From IMG/VR virus record IMGVR_UViG_3300044632_002025: a stretch of DNA of 64,000 nt; one strand, written 5' to 3'. Numbering within the stretch: position 1 is the stretch's first letter; the number at the start of each line of letters is the position of its first letter. The stretch is from a virus. The notes beneath the pieces were generated by a model. The model had not been told where the DNA came from, did no database searches, and saw only the letters and a program-made list of their open reading frames with translations. A program made the position numbers and the translations under genes. Below are positions 7,425 to 16,200 of this stretch, one piece after another.

Positions 7425-7450
7425 GAGGGTCTAAAAGCCCTCTTTTTTTT
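7425..7450 (+). terminator. rho-independent terminator GAGGGTCTAAAAGCCCTC-T8
   Basis: Hairpin plus T8. Confidence 0.7.
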
Positions 7451-7490
7451 GTCCTTACCAGTCTTAACAAAACTTAACATGGGTAAAACC

Positions 7491-7501
7491 ACAACGCTCA
7501 A
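7491..7501 (+). promoter_or_regulatory. start-associated motif variant ACAACGCTCAA
   Basis: 31 nt upstream of ATG 7532. Confidence 0.4.
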
Positions 7502-7531
7502 ACTAAATAAAACACCTGCCAAGAGATAAAA

Positions 7532-7891
7532 ATGCTGTTCACACCAGATGAAATATCTAGAATTAAAATAGCACTTGGGTATGAAGAATTTCCTAAGTAT
7601 GAAGCTGATGTGCAGTTCATGCTAGAAGTGATTGAAGACGAAGTGCGCTATAACAGAATCTTATTTCTACTGGACAAAGTGGAAGAAATAGATAGTAAAA
7701 TACAACAATATGTAGAGAAACTCTATGTAGAACAGGTAGAGGGTATAACTTTGAACTATGAAAAAGTGGTACTGGGATTGAAAAAAGAAGGTCTGCGGAG
7801 ACTAAAAGAATTGTCTTGGCAGACCAACTTAGATATAAGAAACTCCCCGTTCAAAGGCGGGGAGTCAGGGTTTAGCTTTGTCGCCTATTGA
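7532..7891 (+). CDS. hypothetical protein
   Basis: Intact ORF of 119 aa. Confidence 0.4.
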   Translation: MLFTPDEISRIKIALGYEEFPKYEADVQFMLEVIEDEVRYNRILFLLDKVEEIDSKIQQYVEKLYVEQVEGITLNYEKVVLGLKKEGLRRLKELSWQTNLDIRNSPFKGGESGFSFVAY

Positions 7892-8334
7892 GAAAAGGGA
7901 GGTAGTTTACAGGTTTCTGTTGTTTTGATTAGGAACTGGAGTTGCTCGGCTTTCATCAAGACATCAGAGTAGTCTACCCCATCTTGAATATGCCAAGACC
8001 AATATTTTAGGTCATCCATGACTTCTTCCAATTCCAATCGGGTAGCGATTTCTGCTTGACGTGCCATGTCTTTGTCTTCTGGGGGTAGAAATTGTACAGT
8101 ACCGCCTTTGAAGGGGGGATTCTCGGTAATTAACCAAATTACTTGAGGTACGATACCTGTTTTTATTTTAGTCCAAGCAAGGTAATACTTTCCTCGGCAA
8201 AAAACAACTGCCATATCCCCATTTTGCTTTAACTCAGTCACTTCAAAAATCGCCCCCCCACAAGGTTCTCCCTCAAAACAATCTTGACCCCGTAGGATGA
8301 AGACATCGCCTAATTCGAGAAATCCCTTAGTCAT
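7885..8334 (-). CDS. hypothetical protein
   Basis: Intact ORF of 149 aa. Confidence 0.4.
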   Translation of the reverse strand: MTKGFLELGDVFILRGQDCFEGEPCGGAIFEVTELKQNGDMAVVFCRGKYYLAWTKIKTGIVPQVIWLITENPPFKGGTVQFLPPEDKDMARQAEIATRLELEEVMDDLKYWSWHIQDGVDYSDVLMKAEQLQFLIKTTETCKLPPFSQ

Positions 8335-8563
8335 ATAAACTCCTTGTTAGTTGTGTTCAGTTTAACAGATTACAATACCGTTGTCAACCCTGGGATGAGG
8401 TGAAAAGACAACCCCATCCTTCAGAATCTTTGATGTGCTGTTCTAACCAGTGGTCGAGCAAATCCTCTGCATCATCCGTTTCCGTCTCAGCCAGAGTAGT
8501 CAGGATGTCAAGGTTTTCAATGAAAGTCCTAGTTTTCCGTGGTCAAAGGGACGGGTTTTACTC

Positions 8564-9520
8564 CTAAAGATGAGAATCTTGGTCAGAATCAAAAAAGTCC
8601 TTTGCTTCTAAATCGGAGTTAAATGGCTTAACCCATTGGGTAATTTTTTGGCGGATTTCAGTCCCATTAAGAATCCTGGTATCTTTTTCCATAGCAGAGT
8701 CACCAGACTCACCTGTAAAAAATTTACGGGCAGGAACCCAACCAATAAACCCGCCACACATCACAGATGCGTCGATGGCTACGGCAGTATGCTCTAAAGC
8801 TGACCAATGCTTTGAGCTAACTAGACGTAAAAATAGTTTAACATCCTTTTCCACATCCATATTCCCTTCGTGGTTTAGGTAAGACACTCTCGCACAACGA
8901 GAGGCTGACAGAGCAATGAGTAAAAGAGTATTACCTTTGTACAGTTCTCTTTCCTCATGGGTTACATAGGGCAGATGCAAACCACCATCTGATAGGATAT
9001 AAGCAGAACATTTGTGGTAAGCCTCAAGCATTAAGCGGGCTACTTTTCTAATCTCTGGCTGGGCTTTTTCAGAAGTACGAAGTTCAAAAAAGTTGAACCA
9101 TTGAGTGCCGGTCAGCACCACATCCACCATTTGAAAAGGCTCAGTAAGTCGGTTCACAATTTCTTTATGAACCCCAAGCAGGTTCAATAAATTAGCCCAA
9201 AACCGTTGGGAGTGCATGGAGCAGAACCATACAAGGTCAGCTAATTTAGCCTTTAGACCCGTCAGGGGCTTACCAGCTTGCATTCCTGACTTATTCGTAC
9301 CCCATTGGTCAGGGTGATAGGGATTCTCTACTAATTTTCGGTCTTTTTTCTTAATCGGAACAGCCCGATTCGACTCGGTATTAGAGGACAAAATACGGTG
9401 TTTATTGAGTTGAGCTAAGACAAATCGGGGAATACGAATTTGAAAAGTGGTAATAGTGTCGCCTGTGATGGAATTGACACTTTGTTCGATGACCTTAGCG
9501 TGGTATTGGGTAGGTTTCAA
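8564..9520 (-). CDS. thyX: flavin-dependent thymidylate synthase (ThyX-like)
   Basis: KHRILSSNTESNR fits the ThyX signature (R/K)HRxxSxxxxSxR. Confidence 0.65.
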   Translation of the reverse strand: MKPTQYHAKVIEQSVNSITGDTITTFQIRIPRFVLAQLNKHRILSSNTESNRAVPIKKKDRKLVENPYHPDQWGTNKSGMQAGKPLTGLKAKLADLVWFCSMHSQRFWANLLNLLGVHKEIVNRLTEPFQMVDVVLTGTQWFNFFELRTSEKAQPEIRKVARLMLEAYHKCSAYILSDGGLHLPYVTHEERELYKGNTLLLIALSASRCARVSYLNHEGNMDVEKDVKLFLRLVSSKHWSALEHTAVAIDASVMCGGFIGWVPARKFFTGESGDSAMEKDTRILNGTEIRQKITQWVKPFNSDLEAKDFFDSDQDSHL

Positions 9521-10044
9521 GAATTTGCTCCTAATTTCTTAATTTTTCTGACTTCTGACTTATAAGTTCGCAGGGTAAGACCCAGAGTTTTAGCTATTAC
9601 CTCTTGGGTAAGACCCATTAGACGTTTGCGGACAATTTGCTTTTGGAGGGGGGTGAGTTTTGACCAGAAGAGGTTCAGGGTCATTTGGTATTCAGTGGAA
9701 TCGACTAGGGATGCCATATTGTCTAGGGGAAAATCTCGAAGTTGGCATTCCATGACATAGGTTTTGTGCCGAATAAGGCGGAACCTTTTGCGAATATCCA
9801 ACCAGCAATAGCTGGTGAGCGTTCCTTTGTTGGGGTTCCAAGTCTTAAGTTTTTCTAGAACCAGACAAAGACCTTCCTGAAAGTAATCCTCTCCTTTGAC
9901 TGACGTATCACGCATAGCACGACGGATAGCGGGGATTTGGGATTTAACCAAATTTAGTTTAGACGTTTCACAGGCTTGTTGTTCGATGGTTAGATGACAG
10001 TATTCCATGACAGAGGTTTTGAATTTTAGACGGCTTAACCCCAC
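9517..10044 (-). CDS. phage sigma-70 family (ECF-like) factor
   Basis: Region-2-like YFQEGLCLVLEKLKTWNPNKGTLTSYCWLDIRKRF and region-4 HTH LTQEVIAKTLGLTLRTYKSEVRKIKKL. GTG start. Confidence 0.6.
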   Translation of the reverse strand: MGLSRLKFKTSVMEYCHLTIEQQACETSKLNLVKSQIPAIRRAMRDTSVKGEDYFQEGLCLVLEKLKTWNPNKGTLTSYCWLDIRKRFRLIRHKTYVMECQLRDFPLDNMASLVDSTEYQMTLNLFWSKLTPLQKQIVRKRLMGLTQEVIAKTLGLTLRTYKSEVRKIKKLGANS

Positions 10045-10188
10045 TCCACAAGCTAACTGCTCGTTTTACCCTAGTTAAAGGGGGTTTTAACCCTGATTGA
10101 TTAAGCTTGGTTCTCACTTAACCAGTTTTTTGTTGGGTTAACCCCAGTATAACAGAGAGTAGATTAGGTGTCAAGGGGTTTGAGAAAA
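10028..10188 (-). repeat. promoter-leader cassette copy 1 (drives the sigma/thyX operon)
   Basis: Its reverse complement is near-identical to 46430-46549 and 60334-60492. Confidence 0.85.
10146..10174 (-). promoter_or_regulatory. TTGACA-N17-TATACT promoter
   Basis: Reverse complement reads CCCCTTGACACCTAATCTACTCTCTGTTATACTGGGG. Confidence 0.7.
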
Positions 10189-10190
10189 AA

Positions 10191-10198
10191 TCGCCCAA
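10191..10198 (+). promoter_or_regulatory. start-associated motif core TCGCCCAA
   Basis: 36 nt upstream of the tape-measure ATG 10234. Confidence 0.35.
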
Positions 10199-10233
10199 AG
10201 CTAAGTTAGACCCCGCTTGGAGTATAACTGAGG

Positions 10234-13200
10234 ATGCCAGAACAGCAAGGATACAATGTATCGTCACTATTTGTTTCGATAGGATTAGATACAAGTCCAG
10301 CAGAAAGAACTTTAAACCAATTTGAGAACTTATTGCAAAGTTCTGTAAATCGGTTAATCTTCACATTTACAGAAGACGTATCGCAAAGATTCGCCAGAAG
10401 TTTTGAAGGTCTAGGTCGTGGCATTGGTAACTCTGTCCAAAGAAGTCTGAACGAGGCTATGGGGCAAACCAAGAGAATTGAGAAAGAAGCCACAGAATCC
10501 TTAGCAAATATAAATAAAGCGGCTCAAACAGGTTTAAGTGAAGTATCAAGTGCCACAACTGGGGCTTTAAGTGAGGTCAACAAAGCCTTAAAAGATTTAG
10601 AAGCCAATTCCAAAAAAACCTTAGAAAACACTCAAAAAGAAGTAAAACGACAATTAGACGGTATAAGAAATTTAGCGGCATCCTCCAATCTAGACCAAGA
10701 TAAGGTAATAGGGGCGATGGCCGGTAGTCTTTCTAGGCAACTAAAAGCGATGGACTTTTCGCAAATAGAGGGGAGTTTACAAGCTATTCAAAGAAAAGCT
10801 TTAGATTTAGGGTCTACACTGGAAAAACAGGTAGGAGACATAAGAAATAGCCTAGCCCAACCTGCGGAAGAATTAGAAAAGGCATTAAATAACTCGTTAA
10901 AAAAGACCCAAGAAGCAGTAGGAATAGCTGACAAAGCCTTAGAAGAATCTGGGGTAAAATTTGCTGAAAAAGTAGGTTCAGCCTACAAACAAGCATCGGA
11001 AACTTTTGCTAAAGAAGGAGTAGGTTCAGCAGAGAAAGCGATAAATAGTCTATCAAAAGGTGTAGAATCCGCAATTAAAGAATATGAGAGAGCGGTAGAA
11101 AGTACAGCCAACGATTTGTCTAAAAAAGCGCAACAGTTTCAAGTCTTGGGTACAACTGTGGCCATGGCTGAAGCCGAAAGACTTTATGCTTTAGCCAATA
11201 GTGTTCGTTTAACGTCAGTGAACACCATAGCATCAGTGAGAGAAAGTGCTACCCAAGCAACCCAAAGCATATCCAAAGAAATGGGTAAAGCGGGGAGTGA
11301 AGCGGGGTCTGCATTCGGAGGTGGATTTGGAGCGGCTTTAGGGGGGGTCGTTGGTGGCCCGGTGGGAAGTCTTCTAGGTGCGGCAATAGCAGAAGCCCTG
11401 GCCAACGGACTTCAGTTAGCTTTAAACTCCAGAATGGAGGTCATTAAAGCTACTCTCGGCGGTTATATGAACACGGTAGCCCGTGGGATGATGAACTTTG
11501 CCGAAGAAGAAAGGCGTATAAACATGGGTTTATATGTTACGGGGAAAAGGGAAGGCTTTGGACAAGATAGTGAGGAATTTAACACAAAATCTAAGGACGT
11601 ACAGAGGGCAGTTACCTTGACTGCATCTGACCTGTCTTATGGACGGGTAGAAATTGCGGAACTATTCAAACAATTGGTAAAAGCCGGGTTTAATTATAAT
11701 GAGATTATAGGTGGAACAACCCCCGAAGAAATGAGACGGGGGGCATTGTATCAAACTGCTGGTTTAGGGGAAGCAGTAGAGTTACCAGGAGACCAATTAG
11801 ATGAAACCAGCATCTTAGTAAAACAATTTAAAATGGCATTCCCTGAAAATAGTATAAAAACTATTGTTAGAGAAATCGCCGCATTGGGACTGTCCACTCC
11901 TGCCCAATTTGATAGATTTAAATATGCAACTCAGGATTCGCTATCTGCGGCGGCCGTAGCTGGAATCCCGATGAGAGATGTGATGCAAGGGTTTGCAACG
12001 ATGTTTAACTTAAGTACCCCTGAAGTAGCGGGTACAATGTTAAAAACCATCTACAACGGTATAAGTGGGGGTAATGTAAACCGCCAGATGTACGGGGTAG
12101 TGTCCAAGTATTATCAGGGAGAGGATGGGCAAGGAGATTTACTAACAGCATTAAGAAATCCTGGAGACTTTGCCGCAGAATTTGCTAGATTAGACACTGT
12201 GATGGATTCAATCCTGAAAAAGGGTGAGGCAGTGGGAATTGCGGGGATGGAGAATGTAACAGGAGACTATTACAAAAGTCTAGGGTTACAAGAACAAGCA
12301 GATATGAGGGCTAGAGGGGTATCTAATCTGTTCGGTGGTGGAGACACCTTCCAAATTGGTTATAGAAACTTAACTCTTGAAGGACGTGAAAAAGCAGAAG
12401 AACAAAAACGAGAGTTTGCCAACTTTAATAATGAGAAAGACGGGGAATTACTACCCGACTTCATTCGACTGCGCCAAAAGGGATTAAAGGGGGCAATGGA
12501 GTTAATCGAATCCACCAAAGAAAACGTGGAATCGTTTGCCGCTAAATTGGCTCCTGGTTTTACTCAAATGGTGCTATTTTTCAACAAAGTAGCCAACGAG
12601 TTAACTGCTGGTATGGAGAAGTTTTCCGGGCCACTGGAGAGAATATCTGAAAAATTAGGCGAAGTATTTGGCAATCTATCAGAGAATAAACTCATTGATA
12701 AATTTGTGGATGGAATTTCCAGTACAATGGGTAATGTTGGTAGAATCTTTGAGAACTGGTTAAACTCAGCAATAGAATTTGTATCTAAAGGGGAAAACGT
12801 AGATACAGTATTTTTAAATCTTAACAATCTGTTATCGGATTTTGCGGGGTTAATGCAAAACCTAGCAGTAGCATTTAAGTCATTTCTACCTTTGATAAAC
12901 GAAGCCACTGGTGCATTATCTAAAGCGGGGGTAGAGTCCGAAGTAAGACAAGTTTCAGAAGAACTAAAAATCAGGGGAGTAGGAGAGGTTAGTGAAAGAG
13001 TATTTAACTATGGGAGTCAAGTAGGCAATGTAGAGGGAATTAAAATTACAAACTCCGAGGCACTAGGGACAGTATCGGAGGAAGAAGCTAAACAAATAGC
13101 AAAATCCATTAAGGGTAAAAGCTCTACTGCCACACAAAGTTATATAAGAACTGGGAGAGAACGGTCTCATGCTGGAATGTTTGGGGCAGTAACAGCCCCA

Positions 13201-16200
13201 GAAAGTTTTGCGGATGTGGATGAATCTACCAGTGTTGGGTTAATCCAACAAGGAATGAAAAGGGTAGAAGCTAACGGTAGAACCTACTATATAACCGGAG
13301 GTACAGGGGAGGGTCAGAGTCAGTTTTACGAATTAATAGATGGTGATTTTAGAAAGGCCACAGGAACAATCGACTCAGACCCTAAAACCCGTGAAAATCT
13401 GATAGAAACTCTAATGCCTAGGGAGGGGAATAATCCCCCCCCAATGGATTTATCAACGGCTGGTATGGGGTCATTCCTAAATCCTAAAATACTGGCAGAA
13501 ATCGCTAAGGAAAATGGGAATCTTAAAAACCGTCAAGCCGCCACATTAGAAGCCCAACAATCAAGAGTTCGGGACTTATTTGGTAATAATGCAGTTTTTG
13601 ATGAGAAAACAGGGAAAGTAAGAGAACAGGATAGTGAGGGTAACAGAGCAGATTTATCTTCTAGTAGTTTCGGTACAGAGGCATTATCCAAAACCCCTGA
13701 ACGTCTGAATGCCTTAATCCGTACTGGGGCAGGTCTAGAGGGAAGTTCTGCGGAGCAAGCCCTAAGAGAAACGGCAAGCAGAAGCAAAATCACCAATCTA
13801 CAAACAATTACTGGTCTATCTTCTGGTAAAACCAAAGGTAAAGAGGGGGAAGCCTTCTTATTAAGTCAAGCAGATGTCTTAGAAACGGTAAGGAGAAATG
13901 AGAAAGAAGGGGCGGACATAGCCAAAACTGCTTCGGAGTTAACACAAGACACAACCAAAGAATTAGAGGAAGCCCTACGGAAAAAGGGACAATTAAAACC
14001 TGCGTGGGATAGAATTAAGAAACAGATTGAGTCTGGAGAAATTGTAGGGGACAGCACAACGTTCCTAGAACAATTTATCACAAAAGCCCGTGAAAAGGTA
14101 AGCGACAATAAAACCCCGTTTGCCGAAAGAAATGCAATGAATGAGAATTTAATTGCATTGACTAAAGATTTAAACACGGATAAACCAAAACCTTTAGAAA
14201 AACCTGGGGCAGTTAAAGAAGGTGTTCCTGCTGACCTAGAAAAGTACCGTCGTCTTATTGACGATATGAACCGGAGCAGAATTGAGCAAGAAAACCAGAT
14301 TCTCCAACTAAGGCAAAAATCTTTAGAATTGGAGCGTCAATCTTTTGTGTTGGCTACGGCATTTAAAGGACAAGTAAATGCTAATTTGGAGCAATTCTTT
14401 GGTATCTTAAGTCAGGCAGAAAATACCCTGTTAGGGAATCAGACAAAACTAAGACAAATAGACCAATTCTTTGTTGACCGTCGGAACAATCTTGCTAATC
14501 AGTTTAAAGATGTAAACCCGCAGGTAGGTGGGGGCATCCAGGACAACTATGAGGGTACGGGGCAACCAGTATTTGTACCTAAAGCATCCCCTGATAAAAA
14601 TGTTAATGCACTATCTAAAGACTTGATAAAAGGGCAATTAGATGCTATCAAAGAGAAACAGAATGAAAGGGCTGAGATTGCTAAACAGAATGAGCTAATT
14701 CAGCGTAATCTTACCCAACAAATAAGAAATGCTGTAGCCCAAACGTTCCAACAAGCCACAAACACAGCAACTGGGTTAGCCTCATCTTTCGGGGGTAACA
14801 GTGAGTTTATGGTAAAAACCACTCAACTCTTTGATGGGGTAAGAACTCAAGGGGTACAATTAGCTCAACAAATACAAGCCTTAAAAGTTATTCAACAGAC
14901 AAATCCTAGTGGTTTTGGGGCGCAGGATGCTAAAGCCCTCTCAGGATTAGAAGGTGTATTTAAGCAAATTCCCAGGATGCTGAAGGAAGCGTTAGGAGAC
15001 GCACTTGCTTCCCTACTCCGTCAGGTAAATACTTTCTTCCAAGACCTATCAGAACGGTCTAGACAAAGAAGTAATGAATTGATGGGTATGGTGATGCCTG
15101 GTGGAGCTTCTTCGGGTTTATTGACGATTGTGGGGGACTTACAAAATAGTCTGTTCAAAAATCAACAAGAGAGTTTAGAACTACAACAAGAATCTTCACA
15201 GATAAGAAGACAAGTAGAGCTAAACCGTTCACTGGGGGCTGTGTTCCCTGACCAATTCTTTGCCCAAAAAGTATCGATGGGTGAGGCATCTATAGGTGTG
15301 AATGATGCAAAAAGAGGGGGGTTAGAGTTAGAAGCTAAAAATCTCCTAGAGACTTCCAAAATTAAAGCCAATATAACCTACTTCAACAGCTTTATTGAGT
15401 TATTTCAAGGAGCTAGAGGTCTTAGCAGAGGATTCAGTAGTGTCTCAGATGCTGTAACAGAAGTAGAGCAAAGACGAGAAGCAATTACTAAATCTATCTT
15501 CGACTTAGAAACTCAAATACAGCTAATGGAATCTCAACTTGAGACCATGAATAGTGTATTTGGTTCTCTGAGTTTAGTTGACCGTGAGAGACTAGAAGAA
15601 GGTAAGAAATATTTAGAGCAACAAAAACAAGCCACAATAGCCCTTCAAAAAATCAATGATGCACTAAGAGGGGAATTAGGGAAATTGGCAATAGCTAAAG
15701 TCCAAGAGGATGCTAGGGGTAATGCTCAAAGTGCATTGATGGAATCTAATTCTGCCCGGTCACAAATTCTCGGAATGTCAGATTCCCGGTCTACTCGTAG
15801 GGAAGCCGCTTCTATAGATTTAGAAAATTCCCGTATTGATGCAATAAAAAGAGTAACAGAAGCTACTCTCAAAAGTGCTGAAGAAAGAGCTAATATAGTT
15901 GCAGAATTAGCCAACATGGACTCAAATGCGGCTAAGGGTATGTATAACACACCTGAAGCTCAAGCGGAAATAGCTAGAAAATATGTTGAGTACCAATCTC
16001 GACTCATAGCAATAGACAATGAAGTTGGGAATGCCCGTGTGATGGCGTACAACAACTTAAAAGTCCAAGTTGAAAAATCTGCCTTAGAGTTGGATGAAGG
16101 CTATCGTGCAAACGTTCAAATAGCCAATACTGTTGATGGGGCTTTCTCCAATCTTTATGATATTCTCACCGACTCCAGTAAATCTTTTGCTGATAGAATG

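Noticed and set aside
8384-8530. Open frame on the minus strand in the 230-nt gap between thyX and ORF 7885-8334 (...FIENLDILTTLAETETDDAEDLLDHWLEQHIKDSEGWG...)
   Set aside because: There is no ATG, GTG or TTG start in frame, so it cannot be supported as a gene. It could be a remnant.
10050-10233. Tail assembly chaperone pair with a programmed frameshift upstream of the tape measure gene
   Set aside because: The upstream 190 nt are a divergent promoter/leader region with no ORFs or slippery heptamer.
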